Assembly: GCA_026002935.1 (NCBI GenBank)
Contig: BPGH01000001.1
Coordinates: 963,557-1,027,556, forward strand
DNA: 64,000 nt
Direction: 5' to 3'
DNA from: Acidimicrobiia bacterium
GTDB lineage: Bacteria; Actinomycetota; Acidimicrobiia; IMCC26256; PALSA-610
The notes below the pieces were generated by a model, which did not search any database, was not told where the DNA came from, and saw only the letters and a list, made by a program, of their open reading frames with translations. Shown here piece by piece: positions 20,050 through 32,980 of this stretch. Both the position numbers and the translations under genes were made by a program. The first letter of the stretch is position 1, and the number at the start of each line of letters is the position of its first letter.

Positions 20050-21143
20050 CGCAACACCCCGTCCGACCACGCCGGCGCGCCCGCGCCGGCCGACCGCATC
20101 ATCCGGCACATCGGGGTGTTGCCGGGGCCGGTGAGCACGTAGGCGCGGGCGGCGCCCGCCGCCGCGAGGCGCGTGCGGACCTCGGCGAGCAGCAGGGTCC
20201 CGATGCCGCGGTGCTGGTGCGCGTCCTCCACGAGGAACGCCATCTCGAACTCCCCGCAATCGTCGCGGCACGCGTGCGCGACGCCGACGAGCGTGCCGTC
20301 CGCGACCGCGGCGACCGCGACGTCGCCCGCACGGGGTTCGCACAGGCGGGCGAGGACCCGGTGCGAGTCCTTGGGCAGCGGGCCGAGGTAGCGGCGGCGG
20401 ATGGTCTCCTCGCTGCAGCGGGCGTGGAGCCCCGCGAGCGCCGCGTGGTCGGCGGGGCCGAGCGTCCGCAGTTCGACGGTGCCGCCGCCGGCGAGCCGGG
20501 CGAGCACCCGGGCCGGTCGGCGTGCCACCGCGGTGCGCAGCGCCAGGAGCGCCTGGGCGCGCGCCGTCTCCGTGAACGTGAAGCGCGGCCCGCGCCGCAC
20601 GAGCACGAGCACCTCGGGCGGGTCGCCGTCGGCCGGCAACGCGAGCCACCACGTCGGTCCGCCGCCGGAGGGCAGGCGCTTCACGGGTTGCTCCACCTGG
20701 GCCGGGCAGCGCGTCCGCCGCACGCGGGACACGACCTCGTGGGCGTCGGCCTGCTCGCCCGGGTCCGGCCGGTGCACCCATGCGAGCTCGGCGCCGACCA
20801 GCAGCCGGGCGACCTCGGCGAAGCCCTCGGCGTCGGTGTGGCCGCCGCCGACCAGGGACGCGACGAGGTGGAGCGAGGCGGTCACGCGGTCGCGCAGCTC
20901 GTGCGCGTCGACCCGGGCCAGCTCGACGACCCGCCCGCCCGACCGCGCGACCGCGGTCTCGACGGTGCGCGGCCCCGCGGCCCCGGCGAGGTCGACGACC
21001 ATCTCGTCGACGCGTGCACCGGCCGCCCCGCTGTGCACCTCGAGGTCGACGATGTTCACGCCGACGGCCCCGAGCGCCGTCGCGATCCGGCCCAGCGCCC
21101 CGGGGGTGTCGTCGAGCTCGATCCTCAGCCGGTGCAGCCGCAC
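19980..21143 (-). CDS. ACT-domain/GNAT fusion, amino-acid-sensing protein lysine acetyltransferase-like
   Basis: LRIELDDTPGALGRIATALGAVGVNI ACT motif; LHARCSEETIRRRY, EMAFLVEDAHQHRGIGTLL, N-x-PM. Confidence 0.8.
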   Translation of the reverse strand: MRLHRLRIELDDTPGALGRIATALGAVGVNIVDLEVHSGAAGARVDEMVVDLAGAAGPRTVETAVARSGGRVVELARVDAHELRDRVTASLHLVASLVGGGHTDAEGFAEVARLLVGAELAWVHRPDPGEQADAHEVVSRVRRTRCPAQVEQPVKRLPSGGGPTWWLALPADGDPPEVLVLVRRGPRFTFTETARAQALLALRTAVARRPARVLARLAGGGTVELRTLGPADHAALAGLHARCSEETIRRRYLGPLPKDSHRVLARLCEPRAGDVAVAAVADGTLVGVAHACRDDCGEFEMAFLVEDAHQHRGIGTLLLAEVRTRLAAAGAARAYVLTGPGNTPMCRMMRSAGAGAPAWSDGVLRYDLTVATGSSTNTGITRSVAAW

Positions 21144-21312
21144 GTGGCCTCCCCTGTCGTGTCCCCGTCGCCGATCATCATCGTCACCGTCTCGGTCGGG
21201 ACCGTGAGCAGCACGCGAACGGCGTGTCACGGCCGCGCGACGTGATCGTGCGACCGGCCGGGCGGAGCGCCGCGGGGATGCCGCCCCGCCGGGGCGGGGC
21301 GGCGGGATGCGG

Positions 21313-21798
21313 TCAGAGCCGGCGGGCGAACTCGACGAGCTGGTCGGTCATCGCGCCCCAGCCTTCCTGGAAGCCCGCCTCCTCGTGGCGGTCCTTCAAC
21401 GCCTTCGTCCCGTGCACGGCCACGGCGCGGTAGCGGGTGCCGGCGCCCGACGGCTCCATCGTGATGATGGCGCTGAACGGCAGGTCGCTCTCGACCGGCC
21501 GCCAACCGGGTCCGAGCGCGGCGGTCCACGCGAGGCGCCGGTGCTCGACGACCTCGAGGATGCAGCCCGCGCCCTGGTCCAGCTCCTCGCCCTCGGGCGA
21601 GCGCATCACGACCCGGAAGATGCCGCCGGGCCGGAGGTCGATCTCGCACTCGGCCGTCTCGAACGGCTTCGGGGTGAACCACTGCTTCACGTGCTCGGGG
21701 GTGGTCCACGCTGCCCACACGAGGTGCGGGGGGACGTCGATCTCCCGCTCGATCACGAGGTCGAGCGACGGGTCGAACGGGTGGTCGGTGGGGCTCAT
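21313..21798 (-). CDS. SRPBCC/AHSA1 domain protein
   Basis: LVIEREIDVPPHLVWAAWTTPEHVKQWFTP, IDLRPGG, HEEAGFQEGWG. Confidence 0.92.
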   Translation of the reverse strand: MSPTDHPFDPSLDLVIEREIDVPPHLVWAAWTTPEHVKQWFTPKPFETAECEIDLRPGGIFRVVMRSPEGEELDQGAGCILEVVEHRRLAWTAALGPGWRPVESDLPFSAIITMEPSGAGTRYRAVAVHGTKALKDRHEEAGFQEGWGAMTDQLVEFARRL

Positions 21799-22145
21799 CG
21801 GTCGGTCTCCTTCAGTGTGCGGACGTACGCGTCGAAGCGGTCGAGGCGGCGCTCCCACAGGTCGCGCTGGCGGGCCAGCCAGTCCTGCGCGGACGCCAGC
21901 GGTCGCGGGGTCAGCCGGTAGGTGCGTACCCGTCCCCGCTTCTCCGAGGTGACGAGGCCGGCGTGCTCCAGGACGTCGAGGTGCTGGAGGAAGGACGGCA
22001 GGGCCATCGGGAAGGGGCGCGCGAGCTCGGAGGTGGGTGCCGGCCCGATCCCCAACCGCTCGACGACCGCCCGGCGGGTGGGGTCGGCGAGGGCGTGGAA
22101 GAGCCGGTCGAGATCGGGGTCGGCGAGGGACGTGGACGTGGCCAC
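21795..22145 (-). CDS. ArsR/SmtB-family transcriptional regulator
   Basis: LFHALADPTRRAVVERL, MALPSFLQHLDVLEHAGLV.SEKRGRVRT. Confidence 0.92.
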   Translation of the reverse strand: MATSTSLADPDLDRLFHALADPTRRAVVERLGIGPAPTSELARPFPMALPSFLQHLDVLEHAGLVTSEKRGRVRTYRLTPRPLASAQDWLARQRDLWERRLDRFDAYVRTLKETDR

Positions 22146-22151
22146 GGGCGA

Positions 22152-22192
22152 AGTATCCGTCAGGCCAACAGTTAGGTCAATACCTAACTGTT
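22152..22192 (-). promoter_or_regulatory. Leaderless promoter with a perfect palindromic ArsR operator over the -35
   Basis: AACAGTTAGGT-CAAT-ACCTAACTGTT (22167-22192); minus strand TTGACC-17nt-GATACT-6nt-GTG. Confidence 0.8.
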
Positions 22193-22223
22193 TCTGGTGG
22201 TCACCCGTGGCGCGGCATGTCGC

Positions 22224-22320
22224 GTGCGGGGTGACCACCGGGGTCGGCCGGGAGTGCGGGGTGACCACCGGGGTCGGCTGGCGGTTGGGGGGTGACCACC
22301 GGGGTGACAACCGGGTCGGC
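22224..22320 (+). repeat. Short intergenic direct repeats with core GGGGTGACCACCGGGGT
   Basis: 25-bp unit at 22224-22248 and 22254-22278, degenerate third copy at 22289-22320, inverted core at 22196-22205. Confidence 0.8.
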
Positions 22321-22447
22321 CGGGGCGCGGGGGAGCGTCCGGCGGGAGGGCGGGGCCGGGCACACACGGGCGGAGAGGCGGCGGCCGCTACCGTCGGCGG
22401 CCCACGCCCCCGAACGGGGCGCAGCGGGCACGCAGGGAGGGAGGGCC

Positions 22448-23551
22448 ATGGCGGGCGACGCGACGGGCGCCGGGCGGCCGCAGCTCGGCGAGATCGGCTT
22501 CTACGTGCTGCCGGGCGCGCCGCGCACGCCCGCGGACCTGCTGGAGGAGGTGCCCGGGGGCGAGGCGCTCGGCCTCGGCAGCGTGTTCGTCTCCGAGCGG
22601 ATGAACGTGAAGGAGGCCGCGACGCTGGCGGGCGCCGTCGCCGCCTCGTCCCGCACGCTCGGCATCGCGACCGCCGCCACGAACCACAACACGCGCCACC
22701 CGGCGATCACCGCCGCGCACGCGGTGACGATGCACCGGCTCACCGGCGGGCGGTACACGCTCGGGCTCGGGCGGGGCGTGGAGATGCTGTTCGACGCGTT
22801 CGGGCTGCCGCGCGTCACGACCGCGCAGCTCGAGGACTTCGTCGGGCTGCTGCGCCGCCTGTTCCGCGGCGAGGTCGTCGTCGGCCACGACGGCCCGGCG
22901 GGCCGGTACCCGGTGCTCGTGCTCGACCCGTCGTTCGACGAGGACATCCCGATCGGGTTCGTCGCCTTCGGTCCGAACTCGCTCGCGCTCGGCGGGCGCG
23001 TCATGGACATGGTCGTGCTGCACACGTTCTTCACCGACGAGACCACGCGCCGCTGCGTCGAGACGATCCGCACCGCGGCCGAACGGGCGGGCCGCGACCC
23101 GGCGTCGGTGCGGATCTGGTCGTGCTACGCGACCGTGCACGACGGGTTGCCCGAGGCGCTGCGCCTCAAGAAGACGGTCGGGCGGCTTGCCTCCTACCTG
23201 CAGGGCTACGGCGACCTGCTCGTTCGCACCAACGGCTGGGACCCGGCGGTGCTGGAACGGTTCCGCGCCGACCCCGTCGTCGCGTCGTTCCCGGGTTCGA
23301 TCGACGACAAGGCCGACACCGCGACGCTCGAGCACGTCGCGACGCTCCTCCCCGACGAGTGGCTCGCACCGGCGGCGACCGGTTCACCGCAGCAGTGCGC
23401 GCGAGCCGTGCTCGCGCAGTTCGACCTGGGGGTCGACGGCGTGATCATGCACGGTGCGACACCCGCCGAGCTGGCGCCGGTCGTCGAGGCGTACCGGGCG
23501 ATCCGTCCTGCCGGCCGTTTCGACCACCTCGACCCCAACCCCGGCCGCTGA
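22448..23551 (+). CDS. LLM-class (luciferase-like), probably F420-dependent oxidoreductase
   Basis: SERMNVKEAATLAG, ATNHNTRHP, YTLGLGRG, VVLHTFFTDE, YLQGYGDLLVRTNGWD. Confidence 0.85.
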   Translation: MAGDATGAGRPQLGEIGFYVLPGAPRTPADLLEEVPGGEALGLGSVFVSERMNVKEAATLAGAVAASSRTLGIATAATNHNTRHPAITAAHAVTMHRLTGGRYTLGLGRGVEMLFDAFGLPRVTTAQLEDFVGLLRRLFRGEVVVGHDGPAGRYPVLVLDPSFDEDIPIGFVAFGPNSLALGGRVMDMVVLHTFFTDETTRRCVETIRTAAERAGRDPASVRIWSCYATVHDGLPEALRLKKTVGRLASYLQGYGDLLVRTNGWDPAVLERFRADPVVASFPGSIDDKADTATLEHVATLLPDEWLAPAATGSPQQCARAVLAQFDLGVDGVIMHGATPAELAPVVEAYRAIRPAGRFDHLDPNPGR

Positions 23552-23729
23552 CGCCCCTGCGCCGGGCGCTCGTCACCACGGGGAACCGTCGACGGGCCGC
23601 AGGAGCGGTGGTGCGCCGGGGTCGCCGGTCGTCATGAGCACCTCGCATGCGATCTGCGCGGACAGGCGTGTCCCGCGGCCGGCGCGCGATGCTCGGCACC
23701 GCAGCGCAACCGATCCGCAGGAGTGGCCG

Positions 23730-24785
23730 ATGGCGATCCCCGCGACGCTCGACGAGGTCACCGCCGCCTGGCTCGGCGCGGTGCTCGGCGCCGAGGTCCG
23801 TGCGGTGGAGGTGCTCGACGCGCACTCGGGCACGACCGGCCGGGCCCGGATCCGTCTCGACAGCGGCGGCGCGCTGCCCGACACGCTGTTCGTGAAGCTC
23901 CGGCCGTTCGACGACGAGCAGGCGGCGTTCGTGGCGATGGTGGGGCTCGGCGTGTCGGAGGCGCGCTTCTACGCGGCGGTCGGCGACGACCTGCCGGTGC
24001 GCAGCCCGAAGGTGTGGCACGCGGACCACGACGAGACCGACCACTCGTTCGTGATGGTGCTCGAGGACCTGGAGGCGTCGGGGTGCCGGTTCGCGACCCC
24101 CGACGACGACGACGTGCTCGCGATCGCCGAGTCGCTGATGGACGAGCTCGCCGCGTTGCACGCCCGGTACTGGGGCGACGACCTCGACTGGCTCGGCACG
24201 CATGCGCCGGGCCCCGGCGACGGCCCGGCGGCACAGGAGCGGATGGCGGTGGGCGCGGCGCTGGTGCAGGCGGCGGTCGAGCGATTCGCCGACGGGCTGC
24301 CGCCCGAGTTCCGCCGGCTCGGCGAGCTGTACGTCGCGCGCCACCGCGAGATCGGCGCCCTGTGGAACGAGGGCGAGCGCACCCTCGTGCACGGCGACGA
24401 CCACATCGGCAACCTGTTCGTCGACGCGGGGCGCACGGGCTTCTACGACTGGGCGGTCGCGAGCCGCTTCCCGGGGATGCGCGACGTCGCGTACTTCCTG
24501 TGCAACTCGCTCCCCGACGCCGTGCGCCGCGCCGAGGAGGACCGGCTGATCGCGCGCTACCTCGCGGCGCTCGCCGGCCGCGGCGTGACCCTCGACCCGC
24601 GCACCGCGCACGACCAGTACCGGTTGTTCGCCGTCTACTCGTGGATCGCCGCGACGACGACCTACGCGATGGGCTCGAAGTGGCAACCCGAGGAGGTCGG
24701 CCGCCGGGCGACCGAGCGGGCGACGCGCGCGATCGCCGACCTCGACGTGCTCGGCCTGCTCCACGACCGGCTCCGCGGCGCGTGA
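23730..24785 (+). CDS. Aminoglycoside phosphotransferase / ecdysteroid kinase-like protein
   Basis: LFVKL, EARFY, LEDL, TLVHGDDHIGNLF, YDW. Confidence 0.85.
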   Translation: MAIPATLDEVTAAWLGAVLGAEVRAVEVLDAHSGTTGRARIRLDSGGALPDTLFVKLRPFDDEQAAFVAMVGLGVSEARFYAAVGDDLPVRSPKVWHADHDETDHSFVMVLEDLEASGCRFATPDDDDVLAIAESLMDELAALHARYWGDDLDWLGTHAPGPGDGPAAQERMAVGAALVQAAVERFADGLPPEFRRLGELYVARHREIGALWNEGERTLVHGDDHIGNLFVDAGRTGFYDWAVASRFPGMRDVAYFLCNSLPDAVRRAEEDRLIARYLAALAGRGVTLDPRTAHDQYRLFAVYSWIAATTTYAMGSKWQPEEVGRRATERATRAIADLDVLGLLHDRLRGA

Positions 24786-24940
24786 CACGCGGCGGCGGTG
24801 CCGCTCGTCCGTCTGCCCGCGTGCCCGCACACCGCGGCTCGTCCTCGTGCCCGCGCGGCCCCGCCGGGCGCCGCGCGGGCCCGTACCGTGTCCCGGGCGG
24901 CCACGACCCGCCGCGGCGCGCACCGAAGGAGGAACCGCCC

Positions 24941-25303
24941 GTGACCGACCCCCGGCCCGACGCGTACACCGACGGAACCGGCGCACCCGACGGCGCGCCG
25001 GGCGGCTTCTACGGGCTGCTCGAACGCAGCCTGTTCCCGAGGATCATCGGGTGGACGATCCACCCGCTGCACATCCTCGCGCTGCTGTTCCTTTGGATCG
25101 CCCTGCTGGTGTTCCACCGCACCGGCTTCGAGCTCGTCGGCGGCAACTACACCAACGGGCTCTCGGCCATGGCCGCGAGCATCGTCCTGCTGCAGCAGAC
25201 CCGCCACCATCGCGAGGTGCGCCGCCTGCACGAGCGCCACGACCGGCTGCTGCACCAGTTGCACGAGCTCGTGACGCGCGGCGGGGGCGACGCACCGTCC
25301 TGA
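24941..25303 (+). CDS. Small hypothetical membrane protein with His-rich C-terminal coil
   Basis: AAGGAGG RBS, two hydrophobic segments around GGNYTN, tail HHREVRRLHERHDRLLHQLHE. Confidence 0.7.
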   Translation: MTDPRPDAYTDGTGAPDGAPGGFYGLLERSLFPRIIGWTIHPLHILALLFLWIALLVFHRTGFELVGGNYTNGLSAMAASIVLLQQTRHHREVRRLHERHDRLLHQLHELVTRGGGDAPS

Positions 25304-25313
25304 GGCCGGCGGT

Positions 25314-26045
25314 TCAGGGGCCGAGACCGAGGATCCGTGCGAGCGCACCGCCGGAGCGGCCCGCGACCGGGTGCAGGCCGACGGTGCGCCCCGGCTCGTA
25401 GCGCACGACGCGGTCGGCGAGGTCCGCGACGTCCTCGGGGTCGTGGGTGACGAGCAACGCGGTGAGGCCGTGCGCGTCGACGAGCTCGCGCACGAGGCGG
25501 CGCAGGGCGGCGCGGGTCGGCCGGTCGAGCGCGCTGAACGGCTCGTCGAGCAGCAGGACGCGCGGTTCGCCCGCCAGCGCCCGCGCGAGCGCGACGCGCT
25601 GGCGCTCGCCGCCCGACAGCGCGCCCGTCGGCGTGTCCGCGAGGTGCGCCGCCCGCACCTGGTCGAGCCACCGGGCCGCGAGCGCGCGACGCGCCCGCCC
25701 CCGGCGTCCCCCGCGCACCGCGAGCGCGACGTTCCCGAGGGGGCTGCGGTGCGGCAGCAGCGCCGCGTCCTGGAACACCATCCCGAGGCGGCGCCGCTGG
25801 GTCGGGACGTGCAGCCCGCGAGCCGCGTCGGCGACGACCTCGCCGTCCATGACGATCGTGCCCCGCTGCGGCCGCAGGAGCCCGGCGACCGTCGCGACCG
25901 TCACGCTCTTGCCGGCGCCCGACGGCCCGAACAGGGCGGTGACGCCGGGGCCCACGCCGAACGCGGCGGTGACCGAGAACCCGCCGACCGTCGTGGTGAC
26001 GTCGACGTCGAGCGCGGGGCCGGGGCCGGCCTCGGTGCCGCTCAC
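25314..26045 (-). CDS. modC: Molybdate ABC transporter ATP-binding subunit
   Basis: GPSGAGKS, LSGGERQRVALARAL, LLDEPFSALD; follows modB. Confidence 0.9.
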   Translation of the reverse strand: MSGTEAGPGPALDVDVTTTVGGFSVTAAFGVGPGVTALFGPSGAGKSVTVATVAGLLRPQRGTIVMDGEVVADAARGLHVPTQRRRLGMVFQDAALLPHRSPLGNVALAVRGGRRGRARRALAARWLDQVRAAHLADTPTGALSGGERQRVALARALAGEPRVLLLDEPFSALDRPTRAALRRLVRELVDAHGLTALLVTHDPEDVADLADRVVRYEPGRTVGLHPVAGRSGGALARILGLGP

Positions 26046-26704
26046 GACGGGCGCCGCGCCGACAGGCGGGTCACGGCGAGCAGCACGACGACCGCGACCG
26101 CGGCGAGCACGAGCGCGCCCGCGCGGGCGGCGGAGTCGTCACCGGCCTGCACGGCGTCGTACACGGCGACGGGGAGCGTCTGGGTGCGGCCGGGGATGTT
26201 GCCCGCGACCATGATCGTCGCGCCGAAGTCGCCGAGCGCGCGGGCGAAGCCGAGCGCGACGCCCGCGAGCAGCCCGCGCCGCGCGGCGGGGAAGGTGACC
26301 AGCGCCGCGACCCGCCACTCCGGATGGCCGGCGACGCGCACCGCCGCCTCGAGCCGGGGGTCGACCTCCTCGATCGCGGCCCGGCCGGTGCGCACGACGT
26401 AGGGGAACGCGGAGATCGCGGCCGCGACGACCGCCGCGGCGGGGGTGAACACGAGCGGGCGTCCCGTGACCTGTTCCCACGCGCGGCCGATGGGGCTCTC
26501 GGCACCGATGACCGTGAGCAGGTAGTAGCCGAGCACGGTCGGGGGCAGCACGATGGGCACGGTCGCGACCGCCTCGATCAGGCCGCGGCCGCGGAACCGG
26601 CCCTTTGCGAGCACGTACGCGGTCGCGACGCCGCCGGTCGCGGCGAGGAGCGTCGCGATCGTCGCGACCCGCAACGACAGCCACAGCGGGTGCCAGTCGT
26701 CCAT
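26042..26704 (-). CDS. modB: Molybdate ABC transporter permease
   Basis: LWLSLRVA, PIVLPPTVLGYYLL, FARALGDFGATIMVAGNIPGRTQTLP. Confidence 0.95.
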   Translation of the reverse strand: MDDWHPLWLSLRVATIATLLAATGGVATAYVLAKGRFRGRGLIEAVATVPIVLPPTVLGYYLLTVIGAESPIGRAWEQVTGRPLVFTPAAAVVAAAISAFPYVVRTGRAAIEEVDPRLEAAVRVAGHPEWRVAALVTFPAARRGLLAGVALGFARALGDFGATIMVAGNIPGRTQTLPVAVYDAVQAGDDSAARAGALVLAAVAVVVLLAVTRLSARRPS

Positions 26705-26712
26705 GGTCGCGC

Positions 26713-27573
26713 TCAGCCCGCGGGCAGCCGCTCGCCCGGCAGCACGAACCCGTACCGCACCATCACCTCGCGTCCCGCGGGCGACGAGACGAACGCGGCG
26801 AAGGCGCGCGCCGCCTCGCCGCGCGCGCCGGTCGAGGTGACGACGAGCGTCTGCCGCAGCGGTTCGTGCAGGTCGTCGGGGACGAGCCGGTACCGGCCGC
26901 CGTCGGCGATCGCGAGGGAGAGGGCGACGATCGCCACGTCCGCGTTGCCCGACCGCGCGATCCGGAACGTGTCGGAGACGTTCTCGCCGTACACGAGGCG
27001 GCGCTCGACGTCGTCGTACACCCCGGTGGCGCGCAACGCCTGCTCCGCCGCGACGCCGTAGGGCGCGTGCCGCGGGTTCGCGATCGCGATGCGCCGGTAG
27101 CGGGCGTCCGCGAGGCCGCCGATCGCGTCGGGGAGGTCCGCCGGGTCCCTCGTCCACAGCACGATCCGGCCGTACGCGTAGTCGGCCTTCGTGGACGCGT
27201 CCCCCCGCCCGGCCTCGACGACCTCGTCGGCGTACTCGACGTTCGCCGACGCGAAGAGGTCGAACGGCGCGCCGTTGAGGATCTGCTCGCGCAGCTGGCC
27301 CGACGAGCCGAACACGAACGTCACCCGCGTGCCCGTGTCGCGCCGGAACGCCTCCCCGAGCTCCTCGAACGCGGGCCGGAGGTCGCTCGCCGCGGCGACC
27401 GTGATCTCCCCGGCCGGCGCGCCGGTGTCCGCCGGCGCCGGGGCGGTGGTGCCCCGGGCGGCCGCCTCGTCCGCTCCCCCCGACGTGCCTCCCGAGCACG
27501 CCGCGAGCGCGAGCGCCGCCAGCACGGCCGCGGCCCGCGCCCGACGGGTTCCGTGGCGGCGTGCGGGGCTCAC
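26713..27573 (-). CDS. modA: Molybdate-binding lipoprotein
   Basis: Lipobox [49 protein letters not shown]. Confidence 0.93.
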   Translation of the reverse strand: MSPARRHGTRRARAAAVLAALALAACSGGTSGGADEAAARGTTAPAPADTGAPAGEITVAAASDLRPAFEELGEAFRRDTGTRVTFVFGSSGQLREQILNGAPFDLFASANVEYADEVVEAGRGDASTKADYAYGRIVLWTRDPADLPDAIGGLADARYRRIAIANPRHAPYGVAAEQALRATGVYDDVERRLVYGENVSDTFRIARSGNADVAIVALSLAIADGGRYRLVPDDLHEPLRQTLVVTSTGARGEAARAFAAFVSSPAGREVMVRYGFVLPGERLPAG

Positions 27574-28595
27574 GCGACCTGCGTGCCGAGCTCGGCGAGG
27601 TCGTAGCCGCCGATCAGCGCGAGGCGCTCGCGCAGCGCCGGCCCGGTGAGCGCGTCCACGACCGCGGCGGCGGCCGGCGCCGACACCCACCGGTCGTCGA
27701 TCCACAGCTCGACGGCGTGCTCCTCGAGCGGCAGGAACCGCAGCCCGAAGGAGCGGGCCGCGGCCTCCATCGTGAGACCGGCCGGCGCGCCGGTCGCGAC
27801 GCGGCGCGCGACGTCGAGGTGGCCCGACGCGACCGGGCCGGGGACCGCCGCCGGCGCGCCCGCGCGCGCGAGCGCGCGTGCGAAGGCCTGTTGGGTGCCC
27901 GCGCCCGCGTCGCGCTGCACGACGCGCAGGCGCCGCGTCGCGATCTCCTCCACCGTCGGCACGCCCGAGGCGCGCGCCGACGCGAGCCCGACGCGCCAGC
28001 GGCCGAGCCGCCAGCGGCGCACCGGCACGGGGGGCGCGGGCAGCGCGTCGGTGGGGGCGTGCACCACCACCCCGTGGACGCGGCCGGCCCCGAGCGCGTC
28101 GACCGCGCGCCCGGTCGACGCGTACGCGACCGGGACGCGCCGACGCGCGGTGCGTTCGACGAGGGTGGCGAGGAGGCCGAGCGCGGGGTCGCACCCCGCG
28201 AGCACGAGCCCGGCGGCGGACCCCCCGGTGAGTCGACGGACGCGGCCGCCGCGGACGGTCGCGTCGGCGAGCGCCCAGCGCTCGGGGTTCTCCGCGCCGT
28301 GGTCGGCGGGGATCGTCACGAGCTGCTCGCCGACGCGGGCGAGCACCACCGGCGTGCCGTCGGCCGGCGGGTCGCCGCCGCAGGCCGGCACGGGCTCGCC
28401 CGCCGGGTCGGGGGCGAACAGCTCCTCCACGGGGTGGCCGAGCGCCCGCGCGAGCGCGATCGCGGCGGCGACGTTGGGGAGGTGGCGCCCGGCCTCGACC
28501 GCGCCGACGAGCTGACGGCTCACGCCCGCCGCGGCGGCGAGCTCGGCCTGCGACCAGCCCCGGGCCTCGCGGACTGCTCGGATCCTGGCGGCCAT
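27570..28595 (-). CDS. XRE-HTH plus periplasmic-binding-type (molybdate-sensing) domain regulator
   Basis: [32 protein letters not shown]; [17 protein letters not shown]; heads the mod operon. Confidence 0.85.
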   Translation of the reverse strand: MAARIRAVREARGWSQAELAAAAGVSRQLVGAVEAGRHLPNVAAAIALARALGHPVEELFAPDPAGEPVPACGGDPPADGTPVVLARVGEQLVTIPADHGAENPERWALADATVRGGRVRRLTGGSAAGLVLAGCDPALGLLATLVERTARRRVPVAYASTGRAVDALGAGRVHGVVVHAPTDALPAPPVPVRRWRLGRWRVGLASARASGVPTVEEIATRRLRVVQRDAGAGTQQAFARALARAGAPAAVPGPVASGHLDVARRVATGAPAGLTMEAAARSFGLRFLPLEEHAVELWIDDRWVSAPAAAAVVDALTGPALRERLALIGGYDLAELGTQVA

Positions 28596-28704
28596 GCTGG
28601 GAACCTAGCCGAGCCACCCGGACGCGTCGACCCGCCGGGCGACGGTTGCCCCCCGGGGCGGTTCGCCGTACGGTCGCCGCGTCCGCCGCGACGGGGGCGC
28701 TGCC

Positions 28705-29929
28705 ATGGTCTCGCTCGACTTCAGGACCCGGACCGACGCCGACATCCGGGGCGTGTCGCCGGGCGAGTTCTTCGGGGGCGAACTGCCCGCCCTCGCCGCC
28801 GCCCATTGCGACCTCGCGCTCCCCGGCGCCCGCGAGCTGGGGGTCGAGCCGTTCGCGTTCGTGACCCCGTCGGGCGCGTGGACCGTGGCGCTCGCCGGCG
28901 ACGCCTTCACCGTCACCCCGGGCGACGACGCACCCGCGGTGGCCCACTGTGCCGACGACGACGTGTCGCAACTGGTCGACGACCTCGTGACGCCGATGAC
29001 CTTCCTCACGGCGGGCCGGCTGCGCATGGCGCGCGGCGACCTCGGCGACTTCCTCGACTGGTGGGTGGTGCTGCGCTCGCTGATCGACGGGCGCGCCGTG
29101 CACACCCGCGGTGCGGTCGGCTTCGCGGCACGCGACGGACGGGCCGCTCGACCTCGGCCGCTCGTTCACCCCTGCCGACGACGACGCCGAGCTCGCGCAC
29201 TTCCTCGCCGAGGCCGGGTACCTGCACCTCCGGGGCTGGTTCCCGCGCGAGTGGATGGACGAGATCGCCGCCGACATGGACCGGGCGCGGCCCGGCTACG
29301 CGCGCGGCGACGGGCGTTCGTGGTGGGCGCGCACCGCTGCGGGGGAGGACCGTTGCGTGCGCATGCAGTACTTCGACGAGCACTCGGCCGCGGTGCGCGA
29401 GCTGCTCGCCTCGGACGCGTTCGCCCGCATCGGGCGGCTGCTCGAGGGGGGGTACGAGGCGCGCACGGAGGGCAACCGGATCGAGGCGCTCGACAAGCCG
29501 ATCGGCGTCGTCGAGGGGATCTCCGACGTGCCGTGGCACAAGGACTGTTCGCTCGGGATGCACTCGTACCGGTGTTGCGGGCTCACGGTCGGGATCTCGG
29601 TCACCGGCGCCGACGCGCGATCGGGCCAACTGCGCGTCGTGGCGGGCTCGCACCGCGCGCTCGTGCAGCCCGCGTTCCTGCGCCGCGACTGCGACCTGCC
29701 GGTCGTGGACCTGCCGACCGGCACCGGCGACGTCACCGTGCACGCGAGCTGCACGCTGCACATGGCGCAGCCGCCGGTCGAGCGGGAGCGGAAGGTCTGC
29801 TACACGGGCTTCGGCCTCCCGCCCCGCGGCGAGGCCGGCGACGCCCAACGGCGCGCCGCCGCGGCGATCGGCACCGTGCGCGAGGCCGCCTACACGACGG
29901 TGTCGCAGGCGCCGGGGCACGTCGGCTGA
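28705..29929 (+). CDS. Phytanoyl-CoA dioxygenase-family Fe/2OG enzyme with SCP2-like N-terminal region; indel near 29135-29140
   Basis: [27 protein letters not shown]...LH facial triad. Confidence 0.75.
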
Positions 29930-29970
29930 GCGCCTGCGGCGGCCAGCCCGTCGCGCTCCATCGAATCGAG

Positions 29971-30011
29971 TCGCTCAGATTCTTGACTCGATCAAGAATC
30001 TGAGCGATGAT
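29971..30011 (+). promoter_or_regulatory. FurA operator / leaderless furA-katG promoter
   Basis: Perfect 16-bp arms TCGCTCAGATTCTTGA-CTCGA-TCAAGAATCTGAGCGA (29971-30007) over TTGACT-17nt-GATGAT-6nt-GTG. Confidence 0.8.
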
Positions 30012-30013
30012 GA

Positions 30014-32834
<2,821 letters not shown>

Positions 32835-32836
<2 letters not shown>

Positions 32837-32878
32837 CCGGGGTCGGGGGGCGGTGCCCGCCGCCCCCCGACCCCGGTC
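32835..32878 (+). terminator. GC-rich stem-loop after katG (no U-tract)
   Basis: Perfect 19-bp arms GACCGGGGTCGGGGGGCGG / CCGCCCCCCGACCCCGGTC with a 6-nt loop. Confidence 0.75.
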
Positions 32879-32980
32879 GGGCGCCGGCCCGGCGTGTCGA
32901 CCGCTGCGGTCGCGGGCCCGTCCCACCTGCGCGGGCGCGGGCGCGGTCGGTAACGTCGCCGCCGCCCGGGAGGTGGCCCC

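Noticed and set aside
22224-22320. CRISPR array
   Set aside because: Spacers are only about 5-10 nt, three copies, no cas genes
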